A stretch of DNA of 33,099 bases from UHGV virus genome UHGV-0076257, one strand, 5' to 3'. The notes under the pieces were generated by a model. That model worked only from the letters and a program-made list of their open reading frames with translations, was not told the origin of the DNA and searched no databases. Origin of the DNA: a virus. Shown piece by piece: positions 7,310 through 17,171 of the stretch (the stretch's first letter is position 1; every line of letters begins with the position of its first letter). The position numbers were made by a program, and so were the translations under genes.

Positions 7310-8682
7310 AACAGGATATCGAAGCGAGCGTTATCGGTGGCCTGCTGATTGGTGGATTAACACCAATTGCCAGTGACGTTCTGGCAACGCTTGAGCCGGA
7401 AGCGTTTTCAATACCGCTCTACCGGAAAGCCTTCGAGGTTATCCGCAAGCAGGCGCGAAACAGAAACCTAATCGACGCGCTGATGGTTGCCGAGGCGTGC
7501 GGAGAGGAGCATTTCACGTCAATCCTGATGACCAGCAAAAACTGCCCGAGTTCCGCAAACCTGAAGGGATATGCCGGAATGGTCGCGGATAACTATCACC
7601 GCCGTCTGGTGCTGGAAATCATGGATGAAATGCGTGAACCAATTCAGAGCGGAACCATCGACGCATCGAGTCAGGCGATGGATGAACTTGTAAAGCGTCT
7701 TTCAGCCATCAGAAAGCCCCGTGACGAGGTTAAACCTGTACGGTTAGGGGAAATCATAACTGACTACACTGACACGCTTGACAGGCGTCTGAGGAACGGA
7801 GAAGAGTCCGATACCCTGAAGACCGGAATCGAAGAACTTGACGCCATCACCGGAGGGATGAACGCGGAAGACCTGGTGATAATCGCCGCTCGTCCTGGTA
7901 TGGGGAAAACCGAACTGGCGCTGAAGATTGCCGAAGGCGTTGCAAGTCGTGTTATTCCTGGTTCTGACGTCCGGCGCGGAGTATTGATTTTCTCAATGGA
8001 AATGAGCGCATTGCAGATTGCAGAGCGAAGCATTGCCAACGCCGGGAGGATGTCGGTTAGTGTGCTGCGAAATCCTGCAGCGATGGATGACGAAGGCTGG
8101 GCACGTGTTGCTAACGGCATGAGTCAGCTTGCAGATTTGGATGTATGGGTAGTCGATGCCTCGCGGTTATCGGTCGAAGAAATACGATCAATCGCAGAAC
8201 GGCACAAACAGGAAAATCCAAACCTGTCACTCATCATGGCGGATTATCTTGGCCTGATTGAGAAGCCGAAAGCAGACCGCAACGACCTCGCAATTGCTCA
8301 CATCTCCGGAAGCCTGAAGGCGATGGCGAAAGACCTGAAAACGCCTGTTATCTCCCTAAGTCAACTTTCGCGCGATGTTGAGAAGCGACCAAACAAACGC
8401 CCGACAAACGCAGATTTGCGTGATTCAGGAAGCATTGAACAGGACGCAGACTCAATCATCATGCTCTATCGGGAAGCGGTATATGACGAGAGCAGTAGCG
8501 CCGCGCCATTTGCTGAAATCATCGTGACGAAAAACCGTTTTGGCTCGCTTGGTACGGTTTACCAGCGGTTCTGTAACGGACACTTTGTTGCATGTGACCA
8601 GGATGAAGCCAGACAGATTTGCACAGCATCAAATGCACCTGCTGCGCGTGGCAGACGATATGCACAAGGGGCTGACGTATGA
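7306..8682 (+). CDS. DnaB-family replicative helicase (P22 gene 12 analogue)
   Basis: 458 aa with Walker A ([15 protein letters not shown]) and DnaB-like C-terminal domain; follows the initiator with a 4-nt overlap. Confidence 0.9.
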   Translation: MKQDIEASVIGGLLIGGLTPIASDVLATLEPEAFSIPLYRKAFEVIRKQARNRNLIDALMVAEACGEEHFTSILMTSKNCPSSANLKGYAGMVADNYHRRLVLEIMDEMREPIQSGTIDASSQAMDELVKRLSAIRKPRDEVKPVRLGEIITDYTDTLDRRLRNGEESDTLKTGIEELDAITGGMNAEDLVIIAARPGMGKTELALKIAEGVASRVIPGSDVRRGVLIFSMEMSALQIAERSIANAGRMSVSVLRNPAAMDDEGWARVANGMSQLADLDVWVVDASRLSVEEIRSIAERHKQENPNLSLIMADYLGLIEKPKADRNDLAIAHISGSLKAMAKDLKTPVISLSQLSRDVEKRPNKRPTNADLRDSGSIEQDADSIIMLYREAVYDESSSAAPFAEIIVTKNRFGSLGTVYQRFCNGHFVACDQDEARQICTASNAPAARGRRYAQGADV

Positions 8683-8705
8683 CCATCTACATCACTGAGC
8701 TAATA

Positions 8706-8737
8706 ACAGGCCTGCTGGTAATCGCAGGCCTTTTTAT
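8706..8737 (+). terminator. Intrinsic terminator after the replication genes (tR2-like)
   Basis: AGGCCTGC-TGGTAAT-CGCAGGCCT hairpin followed by TTTTATTT. Confidence 0.6.
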
Positions 8738-8754
8738 TTGGGGGAGAGTAAATC

Positions 8755-8961
8755 GTGGTTGAGTTGATTTTCTCTGCATTGAGGATTCTCGGTGCCATGT
8801 GGATGGTGGCGACGTTCATTGTTGTTGCCAGCAGTTTTGTCCGGTTGGTAGGCGAAGGTAAAGACCCGGTGGGTGTGCTTTTCGGTAGCATTTTCCTGTG
8901 GGTGATTATCGGTGTTATGCCTGTTGTCGTAGCAAAAGTGGCGTGGCGTTTTGTGAGTTGA
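8755..8961 (+). CDS. Small hydrophobic membrane protein (68 aa), GTG start
   Basis: Two predicted transmembrane segments (MVELIFSALRILGAMWMVATFIVVASSF... and VLFGSIFLWVIIGVMPVVVA); starts with GTG just after the terminator. Confidence 0.45.
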   Translation: MVELIFSALRILGAMWMVATFIVVASSFVRLVGEGKDPVGVLFGSIFLWVIIGVMPVVVAKVAWRFVS

Positions 8962-8978
8962 ACTGAGGGTAAGTATCG

Positions 8979-9245
8979 ATGGACGAATCAAGAAAGCAGT
9001 TTGAAGAATGGTTTGAAAATTACACCGGATGTGATCCTAAAAATAAAATATACGCCAATATGGTTGAGATGTATTGGCAAGCGTGGCAGGCATCGCGAGC
9101 AGCTATCGAGATTGAGTGTCCTGGAAAAAGAGAGCGTGAGGCATTTTCTACCGATTTCGAGGATGGGGTCACATTTGGTTATAACGACGCAATTAGTGAA
9201 TGCGAAGGACGGATTCGCGCCGCTGGAATCAAAGTGAAGGAGTGA
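8979..9245 (+). CDS. Hypothetical nin-region protein (88 aa)
   Basis: Complete ORF with GAGGG ribosome-binding site; no family recognised. Confidence 0.5.
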   Translation: MDESRKQFEEWFENYTGCDPKNKIYANMVEMYWQAWQASRAAIEIECPGKREREAFSTDFEDGVTFGYNDAISECEGRIRAAGIKVKE

Positions 9246-9247
9246 GT

Positions 9248-9412
9248 ATGAGCGCATACGAAGAAATCATGTTAGCCCTGCGATTCTTTTTCGATGTGGA
9301 AGAAGATGAAAACGTAAATGAGATTATCGGGCAAGACCATGACCCGATAGGGACTATTGCAGCTGCACTTGACGATTACAGGAGCGTAAATGGTGAGGAA
9401 ACTAACGTTTGA
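9248..9412 (+). CDS. Hypothetical small acidic protein (54 aa)
   Basis: Track ORF 9200..9412 trimmed to the ATG at 9248, which follows AAGGAG; MSAYEEIMLALRFFFDVEEDENVNEIIG... Confidence 0.4.
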   Translation: MSAYEEIMLALRFFFDVEEDENVNEIIGQDHDPIGTIAAALDDYRSVNGEETNV

Positions 9413-9833
9413 ACTAAGAAGCACCATCCATCAGCAGAACGCCATTCAAGCTATCCAGCAAATCCTTCCAGACCCAACCAAACCAATCGTAGTAACCATT
9501 CAGGAACGCAACCGCAGCTTAGACCAAAACAGGAAGCTATGGGCCTGCTTAGGTGACGTCTCTCGTCAGGTTGAATGGCATGGTCGCTGGCTGGATGCAG
9601 AAAGCTGGAAGTGTGTGTTTACCGCAGCATTAAAGCAGCAGGATGTTGTTCCTAACCTTGCCGGGAATGGCTTTGTGGTAATAGGCCAGTCAACCAGCAG
9701 GATGCGTGTAGGCGAATTTGCGGAGCTATTAGAGCTTATACAGGCATTCGGTACAGAGCGTGGCGTTAAGTGGTCAGACGAAGCGCGACTGGCTCTCGAA
9801 TGGAAAGCGCGATGGGGAGACAGGGCGGCATGA
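9390..9833 (+). CDS. ninB: NinB (Orf-family recombination mediator)
   Basis: 147-aa ORF whose sequence (…[52 protein letters not shown]…) is, from memory, near-identical to lambda NinB. Confidence 0.9.
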   Translation: MVRKLTFELRSTIHQQNAIQAIQQILPDPTKPIVVTIQERNRSLDQNRKLWACLGDVSRQVEWHGRWLDAESWKCVFTAALKQQDVVPNLAGNGFVVIGQSTSRMRVGEFAELLELIQAFGTERGVKWSDEARLALEWKARWGDRAA

Positions 9834-10006
9834 GACGACAGCGACGAAGTATCACCGACATCATCTGCGAAAACTGCAAATACCTTCCAACGAAACGCTC
9901 CAGAAATAAACGCAAGCCAACCCCAAAAGAATCTGACGTAAAAACCTTCAACTACACGGCTCACCTGTGGGATATCCGGTGGCTAAGACATCGTGCTAGG
10001 AAATGA
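9830..10006 (+). CDS. NinE/NinD-like small zinc-finger protein (58 aa)
   Basis: ATG overlaps the ninB stop (ATGA); [29 protein letters not shown]...; I recall this as a lambdoid Nin protein but am unsure whether NinE or NinD. Confidence 0.55.
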   Translation: MRRQRRSITDIICENCKYLPTKRSRNKRKPTPKESDVKTFNYTAHLWDIRWLRHRARK

Positions 10007-10350
10007 CAATGGATTATTCACAGTTAAGTGATTTTGAAATTAACAGAATGGTAGGAGACATAATTTTTAAAGGCCTTTGGGCATGTAAGCCGGAAACGTC
10101 AGGGAATAATACCAACAAATGGTATTACGGAAACGCTGATACAACTTTTGAGCCATTAAACCATTTACCTGACTACTGCAATGATCCGAGTGCCTCATGG
10201 CCGATTATTGAGAAACACAGGATTTCTATCTTAGACCAGTTAACTGAATGGTGTGTGGATGCAAACGGCGTAAGACCAATATTTGATACCAGACCTCTCC
10301 GCGCCGCCATGATTGTCTTTCTCATGATGCAGGACGCCAATAATGCTTAG
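10003..10350 (+). CDS. Hypothetical nin-region protein (115 aa)
   Basis: Complete ORF with overlapping stop/start junctions on both sides; no family recognised. Confidence 0.55.
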   Translation: MTMDYSQLSDFEINRMVGDIIFKGLWACKPETSGNNTNKWYYGNADTTFEPLNHLPDYCNDPSASWPIIEKHRISILDQLTEWCVDANGVRPIFDTRPLRAAMIVFLMMQDANNA

Positions 10351-10519
10351 CCCATCCCAATCCCTTCAATACCAGAAAGAAAGCGTCGAGCGGGCTTTAA
10401 CGTGCGCTAACTGCGGTCAGAAGCTGCATGTGCTGGAAGTTCACGTGTGCTCCGATTGCTGCGCAGAACTGATGAGCGATCCGAATAGTTCAATGTACGA
10501 GGAAGAAGACGATGAATGA
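10343..10519 (+). CDS. ninF: NinF-like protein (58 aa)
   Basis: Hand translation [58 protein letters not shown], matching lambda NinF from memory. Below the ORF-track cutoff. Confidence 0.7.
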   Translation: MLSPSQSLQYQKESVERALTCANCGQKLHVLEVHVCSDCCAELMSDPNSSMYEEEDDE

Positions 10520-10724
10520 TTACCTGAAATGGTATCTCTGCCACCGCTGGTTAATTAAGTTTGCTGTAAAAGACTGGATGACAGCGGATGCCAACAAGCT
10601 TAAGCAAAGAAAAGACTATTACTACGCCAGAATGAAGGAAAACTACTGCTCAATTCGCACTCGCATATTTATTAAAAAAGACCTTCAGTCAATTCTTCAA
10701 TTGCGAGGGAAGGTAAATGGCTAA
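10512..10724 (+). CDS. Hypothetical nin-region protein (70 aa)
   Basis: Complete ORF overlapping neighbours by a few nt; [22 protein letters not shown]... Confidence 0.5.
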   Translation: MNDYLKWYLCHRWLIKFAVKDWMTADANKLKQRKDYYYARMKENYCSIRTRIFIKKDLQSILQLRGKVNG

Positions 10725-11007
10725 TCTACGCAAAGAAGCACGCGGCAGAGAATGCCAGGTACGTATTTACGGCGTATGCAATGGTAATCCTGAAACTACA
10801 GTTCTGGCACATTACAGGATGGCTGGAATTTGCGGAACGGGAATGAAGCCTGACGACCTGATCGGCGCATGGGCTTGTAGCGCGTGTCACGATGAAATCG
10901 ACCGACGCACCCATAACCTCGACAACAAAGACGCCAGACTTTGCCACCTCGAAGGCGTAATCAGGACGCAGGCGATACTGCTGAAGGAGGGGAAGATTAA
11001 GCCATGA
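10717..11007 (+). CDS. YbcO-like (DUF1364-type) Cys-rich protein
   Basis: 96 aa with several Cys/His, immediately upstream of rusA as ybcO is in the DLP12 prophage; assignment from memory and gene order. Confidence 0.55.
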   Translation: MANLRKEARGRECQVRIYGVCNGNPETTVLAHYRMAGICGTGMKPDDLIGAWACSACHDEIDRRTHNLDNKDARLCHLEGVIRTQAILLKEGKIKP

Positions 11008-11366
11008 ACGAATATCAGTTTGTGCTTCCATACCCGCCGTCGGTGAACACCTACTGGCGAAGACGGGGAAGCCAATACTACATCAGCGATAAAGGCCAGA
11101 AATACCGAAAAGACGTTCAGCAAATCATCCGCCAACTCAAGTTAGACATTTTCACCAAATCACGACTCCGCATCAAAGTAATCGCAGACGTTCCAGACTC
11201 CCGCCGCCGCGACCTCGATAACATCCTGAAAGGTTTACTCGATTCCCTTATCCACGCCGGATTTGCGGAAGACGACGAGCAATTCGATGACATTCGCGTA
11301 ATTCGTGGTGTGAAAGTACCAGGCGGACGGCTTGGAATAAAAATCACCGAACTGGAGAGCGCATGA
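11004..11366 (+). CDS. rusA: RusA Holliday-junction resolvase
   Basis: 120 aa, MNEYQFVLPYPPSVNTYWRRRG... with conserved acidic residues (…RRRDLDNILKGLLDSL…), typical RusA. Confidence 0.85.
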   Translation: MNEYQFVLPYPPSVNTYWRRRGSQYYISDKGQKYRKDVQQIIRQLKLDIFTKSRLRIKVIADVPDSRRRDLDNILKGLLDSLIHAGFAEDDEQFDDIRVIRGVKVPGGRLGIKITELESA

Positions 11367-11551
11367 ACGCCACAATTCAAACGATACCAGAGCTTCTTAT
11401 CCAGACACGAGGCAATCAGACCGAAGTGGCGAGGATGCTTTCCTGTGCAAGAGGAACAGTGCTCAAGTACAACCGAGACAGCAAAGGTGAGCGTCACGTA
11501 ATAGTTAACGGCGTCCTGATGGTCAGACAGGGCAAGAGGGGAAGACCATGA
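11363..11551 (+). CDS. ninH: NinH-like protein
   Basis: 62 aa containing GNQTEVARMLSCARGTVLKY, resembling lambda NinH (GNQTEVARRLKCSRGTVRKY). Confidence 0.75.
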   Translation: MNATIQTIPELLIQTRGNQTEVARMLSCARGTVLKYNRDSKGERHVIVNGVLMVRQGKRGRP

Positions 11552-12171
11552 GACTCGAAAGCGTAGCTAAATTTCATTCGCCAAAAAGCCCGATGATGAG
11601 CGACTCACCACGGGCTACGGCTTCTGACTCTCTTTCCGGTACTGATGTGATGGCTGCTATGGGGATGGCACAATCACAGGCCGGATTTGGAATGGCTGCA
11701 TTCTGTGGTAAGCACGAACTCAGCCAGAACGACAAACAAAAGGCTATCAACTATCTGATGCAATTTGCACACAAGGTATCGGGGAAATACCGTGGTGTGG
11801 CAAAGCTCGAAGGAAATACTAAGGCAAAGGTACTGCAAGTTCTCGCAACATTCGCTTATGCGGATTATTGCCGTAGTGCCGCGACGCCGGGTGCAAGATG
11901 CAGAGATTGTCACGGTACAGGCCGTGCGGTTGATATAGCAAAAACAGAGCAGTGGGGGAGAGTTGTTGAGAAAGAATGCGGAAGATGCAAAGGTGTCGGC
12001 TATTCAAGGATGCCAGCAAGCGCCGCATATCGCGCTGTAACGATGCTAATCCCAAACCTTACTCAACCCACCTGGTCACGCACTGTTAAGCCGCTGTATG
12101 ACGCTCTGGTGGTGCAATGCCACAAGGAAGAGTCAATTGCAGACAATATCTTGAATGCGGTCACACGTTAG
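11548..12171 (+). CDS. Q: Late antiterminator Q (lambda type)
   Basis: 207 aa, MRLESVAKFHSPKSPMMSDSPRATASDSLSG... appears near-identical to lambda Q from memory; followed by a lambda-type PR'. Confidence 0.9.
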   Translation: MRLESVAKFHSPKSPMMSDSPRATASDSLSGTDVMAAMGMAQSQAGFGMAAFCGKHELSQNDKQKAINYLMQFAHKVSGKYRGVAKLEGNTKAKVLQVLATFAYADYCRSAATPGARCRDCHGTGRAVDIAKTEQWGRVVEKECGRCKGVGYSRMPASAAYRAVTMLIPNLTQPTWSRTVKPLYDALVVQCHKEESIADNILNAVTR

Positions 12172-12213
12172 CAGCATGATTGCCACGGATGGCAACATAT
12201 TAACGGCATAATA

Positions 12214-12242
12214 TTGACTTTTTGAATAAAGTTGGGTAAATT
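12214..12242 (+). promoter_or_regulatory. Late promoter PR' (with qut region)
   Basis: -35 TTGACT at 12214-12219 and -10 TAAATT at 12237-12242 with 17-bp spacing, directly downstream of Q as in lambda. Confidence 0.65.
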
Positions 12243-12277
12243 TGACCTAACGATGGATAAATGCACTCGTTAAATAA

Positions 12278-12310
12278 AGCCCTGAGTTAATAGCTCGGGG
12301 CTTTTTGCGT
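12278..12310 (+). terminator. tR'-like intrinsic terminator (end of a 6S-type leader RNA)
   Basis: AGCCCTGAG-TTAATA-CTCGGGGCT hairpin (9 bp including one G-U) followed by TTTTTG, about 40 nt after PR'. Confidence 0.55.
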
Positions 12311-12604
12311 TTTAATCACGACCTTTCTGAAAGCACATCAAGCCAAATACCAGACAGACAAAAATAATCACCTTATCCGCTGTGGCTACGGTGCGGTGTG
12401 CTTTGCATAAAAGAAAACCAGCGCAATGGCTGGCTTCGTGAAAGCGGGTGGCAAGAGGTTGCGCTAACAACCTCCTGCCGTTTTGCCCGTGCATATCGGT
12501 CACGAACAAATCTGATTACTAAACACAGTAGCCTGGATTTGTTCTATCAGTAATCGACCTTATTCCTAATTAAATAGAGCAAATCCCCTTATTGGGGGTA
12601 AGAC

Positions 12605-12928
12605 ATGAAGATGCCAGAAAAACATGACCTGTTAGCCGCCATTCTCGCGGCAAAGGAACAAGGCATCGGGGCAATCCTTGCGTTTGCAATGGCGTACCTT
12701 CGCGGCAGATATAATGGCGGTGCGTTTACAAAAACAGTAATCGACGCAACGATGTGCGCCATCATCGCCTGGTTCATTCGTGACCTTCTCGACTTCGCCG
12801 GACTAAGTAGCAACCTCGCTTATATAACGAGCGTGTTCATCGGCTATATCGGTACTGACTCGATTGGTTCGCTTATCAAACGCTTCGCTGCTAAAAAAGC
12901 CGGAGTAGAAGATGGTGGAAATCAATAA
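12605..12928 (+). CDS. S: Holin, lambda S type (class I)
   Basis: 107 aa beginning [41 protein letters not shown]..., including the dual-start Met-Lys-Met motif; appears near-identical to lambda S. Confidence 0.9.
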   Translation: MKMPEKHDLLAAILAAKEQGIGAILAFAMAYLRGRYNGGAFTKTVIDATMCAIIAWFIRDLLDFAGLSSNLAYITSVFIGYIGTDSIGSLIKRFAAKKAGVEDGGNQ

Positions 12929-13388
12929 TCAACGTAAGGCGTTCCTCGATATGCTGGCGTGGTCAGAGGGAACAGATAACGGACGTCAGAAAACCAGAAA
13001 TCATGGTTATGACGTCATTGTAGGTGGTGAGCTATTCACTGATTACTCCGATCACCCTCGCAAACTTGCCACGCTAAACCCCAAACTCAAATCAACAGCC
13101 GCCGGACGTTACCAACTTCTTTCCCGTTGGTGGGATGCCTACCGTAAGCAGCTTGGCCTGAAAGACTTCTCTCCTAAAAGCCAGGATGCTGTTGCATTGC
13201 AGCAGATTAAGGAGCGTGGCGCTTTGCCGATGATTGATCGCGGTGATATCCGTCAGGCTATCGACCGTTGCAGCAATATATGGGCTTCACTGCCGGGCGC
13301 TGGTTATGGTCAGTTCGAGCATAAGGCTGACAGTCTGATTGCAAAATTCAAAGAAGCTGGCGGAACGGTCAGAGAGATTGAGGTATGA
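12912..13388 (+). CDS. R: Endolysin, lambda R type (lytic transglycosylase)
   Basis: 158 aa, [39 protein letters not shown]..., matching lambda R from memory; overlaps the S stop. Confidence 0.9.
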   Translation: MVEINNQRKAFLDMLAWSEGTDNGRQKTRNHGYDVIVGGELFTDYSDHPRKLATLNPKLKSTAAGRYQLLSRWWDAYRKQLGLKDFSPKSQDAVALQQIKERGALPMIDRGDIRQAIDRCSNIWASLPGAGYGQFEHKADSLIAKFKEAGGTVREIEV

Positions 13389-13852
13389 GCAGAGTAACCG
13401 CGATTATCTCCGCTCTGGTTATCTGCATCATCGTTTGCCTGTCATGGGCTGTTAATCACTACCGTGATAACGCCATCGCCTACAAAGAACAGCGAGATAA
13501 AAAAGTCAGTGAGCTGAAGCAGGCGGCCGCCACCATTACTGACATGCAGCAGCGCCAGCGTACTGCTGATGCACTCGATGCTAAATACACGAAGGAGTTA
13601 GCTGATGCGAAAGCTGAAAATGATGCTCTTCGGCGCAAGCTTGATAATGGTGGCAGGGTGCTCGTCAAAGGAAAATGCCCTGTGCCATCCTCAGCCGAAA
13701 CCTCCAGCGCCTCCGGCATGGGCAATGATGCCACCGTCGAACTCTCTCCAGTTGCTGGACGAAACGTTCTCGGTGTCCGGGACGGAATTATCCGCGACCA
13801 AACAGCACTGAGAACGCTTCAGGAGTACATCAGGACGCAATGCCTTCGATGA
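13385..13852 (+). CDS. Rz: Rz i-spanin
   Basis: 155 aa with N-terminal transmembrane helix ([23 protein letters not shown]) and coiled coil; the N-terminal half is lambda-like and the C-terminal half diverges. Confidence 0.85.
   Translation: MSRVTAIISALVICIIVCLSWAVNHYRDNAIAYKEQRDKKVSELKQAAATITDMQQRQRTADALDAKYTKELADAKAENDALRRKLDNGGRVLVKGKCPVPSSAETSSASGMGNDATVELSPVAGRNVLGVRDGIIRDQTALRTLQEYIRTQCLR
13605..13811 (+). CDS. Rz1: Rz1 o-spanin lipoprotein (embedded in Rz, +1 frame)
   Basis: [22 protein letters not shown]... has a lipobox (VAGC) and a Pro-rich mature part; nested wholly inside Rz as in lambda. Confidence 0.75.
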   Translation: MRKLKMMLFGASLIMVAGCSSKENALCHPQPKPPAPPAWAMMPPSNSLQLLDETFSVSGTELSATKQH

Positions 13853-14014
13853 TAGCGATAATTTTACTCATCATCCTTCACATCTGGCTCTGTAGACAGG
13901 GTGGTGATCACTTCTGGAGTGAATCCAGATTAAATATCTCATTGCTGATGCTTGATATTGAGCATCTGGCGCGCGGTAAGGGGCTGCGTTGAGATAAGAG
14001 CCAGTCATCACAAA

Positions 14015-14039
14015 ACCAGGATTTAGCCTCGCATTCGCG
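14015..14039 (+). terminator. Intrinsic terminator downstream of the lysis cassette
   Basis: AGCCTCGC-ATTC-GCGGGGCT hairpin (one G-U pair) followed by TTTTTT. Confidence 0.5.
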
Positions 14040-14195
14040 GGGCTTTTTTACATCTGCAGTAAACCGCGCATCGCAGCGCGTAACAATCCCGAGTCTTTCA
14101 GAAAGCTGAGCCTGAGAACTGCCGTATATGGTGGCGACCATCTCGGGGCGGCTTTTCTGTGCGAACAGGCTCATCTTTCTAAAAGGTAAGACGCT

Positions 14196-14717
14196 ATGAA
14201 TATCGTTCCACTGAATTACAAAGGCGAACCTATCCGCTTCAATACTGATGGCTGGATTAATGCCACTGATATTGCAAAACGTTTCGGGAAGCGTCTGGAT
14301 CACTGGTTGTCCAATGCTGAAACTCTCGAATACGTTAGAGCTCTGGATGAGGTTTATTCAGGTGAGCCATCGAAAATTCTACATACCCGTGATTCCGGGT
14401 ATGTAAAAACAAGCAAGGCACGAAAGGACAGGGGCGGCGGAACATGGCTGCATCCAAAGTTATCAGTTGCCTTTGCAAGATGGTGCGATCCGAAATTCTC
14501 CGTATGGTGCGACCTGCACATTGATAGTCTGCTTCGCGGTGAACTGACTGAGCAGCAGAAATATGAGCAAGCATGTCGCATTCGCGATGACCGGAAATCA
14601 AAAGCCAGCAATGGGGCAAGAGAGATGGCTCGCTGGCGATGGGATAAGCCGGTTATTGAAGCAAATGTTGAGTACTGGCGCGAGCAACTGCAGTTGACTC
14701 TCGATATCGCGTGCTGA
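14196..14717 (+). CDS. KilA-N domain protein
   Basis: 173 aa; N-terminal segment (…GEPIRFNTDGWINATDIAKRFGKRLDHWLSNAETLEY…) fits the KilA-N/APSES-type DNA-binding fold pattern. Confidence 0.65.
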   Translation: MNIVPLNYKGEPIRFNTDGWINATDIAKRFGKRLDHWLSNAETLEYVRALDEVYSGEPSKILHTRDSGYVKTSKARKDRGGGTWLHPKLSVAFARWCDPKFSVWCDLHIDSLLRGELTEQQKYEQACRIRDDRKSKASNGAREMARWRWDKPVIEANVEYWREQLQLTLDIAC

Positions 14718-15074
14718 TGGCAAACGCAAAACTGCGTTATCGGAAAAATCAAAGCATTACGAGAACTGAGCAACGGCTATCCATTACAAAGCCCATCTAC
14801 GGATGGGCTTGATAATGAAACCGGAATTTATTCTGGGCAACCAGTTACGGCAGTACAGCGAAACAACCCAAGCCAGAAAGTGGGGAAATAACACTGGCAG
14901 CCACTGAAAGATGAACCTCCTGCCTTATGGCAAAAAAGATTCTTTGTGGTGGCGGACTGATGGAAAGACATCGGTTATTGCAGAGACCATTCAATGAGTG
15001 GTCTCGACAATGGCTTATACCCTACACGGGATAACTTAACTGATATCCCTTTTAACGGATAAACGGAGCCAACA

Positions 15075-15317
15075 ATGGCAGAGATTATTCCCATGACTGA
15101 AGAACAGAAATTCCAGTTAGAGATTTACAAGCTGGTCATGAACCAGAACGCAGCTGCAGAGGAAGCATTTCAGTTCATTGGCACTGACGAACTGAAGCTT
15201 GAGCTATTCAAAATTCACTTCCAGTCAGGCGGCGCTAATTCAGATATCACGACCCGCACTATCGAAGCGGTGCGTAAATCGAAGGAAGCGTTAGACCTGT
15301 TCACCACCGGAGCATAA
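15075..15317 (+). CDS. Hypothetical protein (80 aa) upstream of the terminase genes
   Basis: Complete ORF with GGAG ribosome-binding site; no family recognised. Confidence 0.5.
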   Translation: MAEIIPMTEEQKFQLEIYKLVMNQNAAAEEAFQFIGTDELKLELFKIHFQSGGANSDITTRTIEAVRKSKEALDLFTTGA

Positions 15318-15319
15318 AC

Positions 15320-15760
15320 ATGGCGCGCCCAACAAAGTATCAAGAGGCGTATGCCGAACAGGCACGCAAACTGTGCTTGCTGGGCTACACCGATGCAGAG
15401 CTTGCTGATTTCTTCGAAGTCAGTGAGTCAACTATTAACAAGTGGAAGCTTGATTATCCTGAGTTTTCGGAGTCCATAAAAAAGGGTAAGGCCGTCGCTG
15501 ATGCAGAAGTTAGTGACCGTCTTTATCAACGCGCTATGGGCTTCGTGGCTCCAGACATCGATATTCGTGTTATTGAAAACAGAATTGTCGAAACTCCTCT
15601 TGAGAAGTATTACCCGCCTGATACAACAGCTGCCATCTTCTGGCTTAAGAACCGACAGAAGGATAAATGGCGCGACAAGGTTGATCACGAGCTAACAGGC
15701 AAAGACGGCGGCGCAATCCAGATTGAAACATCACCGATGAGCACTCTATTCGGAAAATGA
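15320..15760 (+). CDS. Terminase small subunit (Sf6 gp1-like)
   Basis: 146 aa with N-terminal HTH-like region; C-terminus TGKDGGAIQIETSPMSTLFGK matches what I recall of the Sf6 gp1 C-terminus; immediately upstream of the large terminase. Confidence 0.8.
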   Translation: MARPTKYQEAYAEQARKLCLLGYTDAELADFFEVSESTINKWKLDYPEFSESIKKGKAVADAEVSDRLYQRAMGFVAPDIDIRVIENRIVETPLEKYYPPDTTAAIFWLKNRQKDKWRDKVDHELTGKDGGAIQIETSPMSTLFGK

Positions 15761-17169
15761 CCTCGATTAATCCTATCTTTGAACCGTTCATTGAGGCGCA
15801 TCGCTACAAAGTCGCCAAAGGCGGTCGAGGTAGCGGTAAGTCATGGGCAATTGCTAGGCTGCTTGTTGAAGCGGCGCGTCGGCAGCCTGTGCGCATACTT
15901 TGCGCTCGTGAGCTGCAAAACAGTATCAGCGATTCGGTAATTCGGTTGCTTGAAGACACCATAGAGCGGGAAGGGTATTCGGCTGAGTTTGAAATTCAGC
16001 GTTCAATGATTCGTCATCTAGGAACGAATGCTGAATTCATGTTCTACGGCATCAAAAACAACCCGACGAAGATTAAATCGCTCGAAGGTATTGATATCTG
16101 CTGGGTGGAAGAAGCGGAAGCGGTAACGAAGGAATCATGGGATATCCTGATACCAACCATCCGCAAGCCGTTTTCCGAAATATGGGTGAGCTTTAACCCG
16201 AAGAACATACTCGACGATACCTATCAGCGATTCGTCGTAAATCCTCCCGATGATATTTGTCTGCTGACGGTGAACTACACCGACAACCCGCACTTTCCTG
16301 AAGTTCTCCGTCTGGAGATGGAAGAGTGCAAACGCAGAAATCCGACACTGTATCGTCATATCTGGCTTGGTGAGCCAGTAAGCGCAAGTGATATGGCAAT
16401 CATCAAACGTGAATGGCTTGAAGCCGCAACCGATGTGCACAAGAAACTCGGATGGAAAGCGAAAGGCGCTGTTGTTTCTGCACATGACCCGTCAGATACA
16501 GGGCCAGATGCTAAAGGTTACGCATCGCGTCACGGTTCGGTGGTTAAGCGCATTGCCGAAGGTCTGCTGATGGACATCAACGAGGGTGCTGACTGGGCTA
16601 CTTCGCTGGCGATTGAAGACGGTGCTGACCATTACCTGTGGGATGGTGATGGTGTTGGTGCCGGGCTACGCAGACAGACAACGGAAGCATTCTCCGGTAA
16701 GAAAATCACCGCCACGATGTTTAAGGGCAGCGAATCGCCATTCGATGAAGATGCGCCTTATCAGGCCGGAGCATGGGCTGATGAAGTCGTACATGGCGAC
16801 AACGTTCGCACTATTGGCGATGTATTCCGCAATAAGCGAGCGCAATTCTATTACGCGCTGGCTGACAGGCTGTATCTGACATATCGGGCGGTTGTTCACG
16901 GTGAGTATGCAGACCCAGACGACATGCTGAGTTTCGACAAAGAAGCGATAGGCGAGAAGATGCTGGAGAAGCTGTTTGCAGAACTTACGCAGATTCAGCG
17001 CAAATTCAATAACAACGGGAAGCTGGAGCTTATGACTAAGGTCGAAATGAAGCAGAAGCTCGGTATTCCATCTCCTAACCTGGCTGATGCGCTGATGATG
17101 TGTATGCATTGCCCGGCATTGGTCCGCGAAGAAACAGAAATATACGTTCCCTCATCCTCCGGTTGGTAA
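15757..17169 (+). CDS. Terminase large subunit
   Basis: 470 aa with Walker A (VAKGGRGSGKSWAI) near the N-terminus and acidic nuclease-domain residues; length matches Sf6/P22-like TerL. Confidence 0.9.
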   Translation: MTSINPIFEPFIEAHRYKVAKGGRGSGKSWAIARLLVEAARRQPVRILCARELQNSISDSVIRLLEDTIEREGYSAEFEIQRSMIRHLGTNAEFMFYGIKNNPTKIKSLEGIDICWVEEAEAVTKESWDILIPTIRKPFSEIWVSFNPKNILDDTYQRFVVNPPDDICLLTVNYTDNPHFPEVLRLEMEECKRRNPTLYRHIWLGEPVSASDMAIIKREWLEAATDVHKKLGWKAKGAVVSAHDPSDTGPDAKGYASRHGSVVKRIAEGLLMDINEGADWATSLAIEDGADHYLWDGDGVGAGLRRQTTEAFSGKKITATMFKGSESPFDEDAPYQAGAWADEVVHGDNVRTIGDVFRNKRAQFYYALADRLYLTYRAVVHGEYADPDDMLSFDKEAIGEKMLEKLFAELTQIQRKFNNNGKLELMTKVEMKQKLGIPSPNLADALMMCMHCPALVREETEIYVPSSSGW

Positions 17170-17171
17170 AC

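Noticed and set aside
12312-12509. Minus-strand track ORF between PR' and the holin gene
   Set aside because: It lies antisense in the late leader region, which is non-coding in lambda; no ribosome-binding site or recognisable protein features.
13908-14303. Minus-strand 131-aa track ORF downstream of Rz (checked as a possible bor-like gene)
   Set aside because: The translation has no signal peptide or lipobox and does not resemble Bor; it overlaps a plus-strand terminator and the KilA-N start.
17100-17171. Upstream extension of the portal ORF overlapping the TerL 3' end
   Set aside because: The ATG at 17172 directly follows the TerL stop and gives a 708-aa product consistent with P22-like portals.
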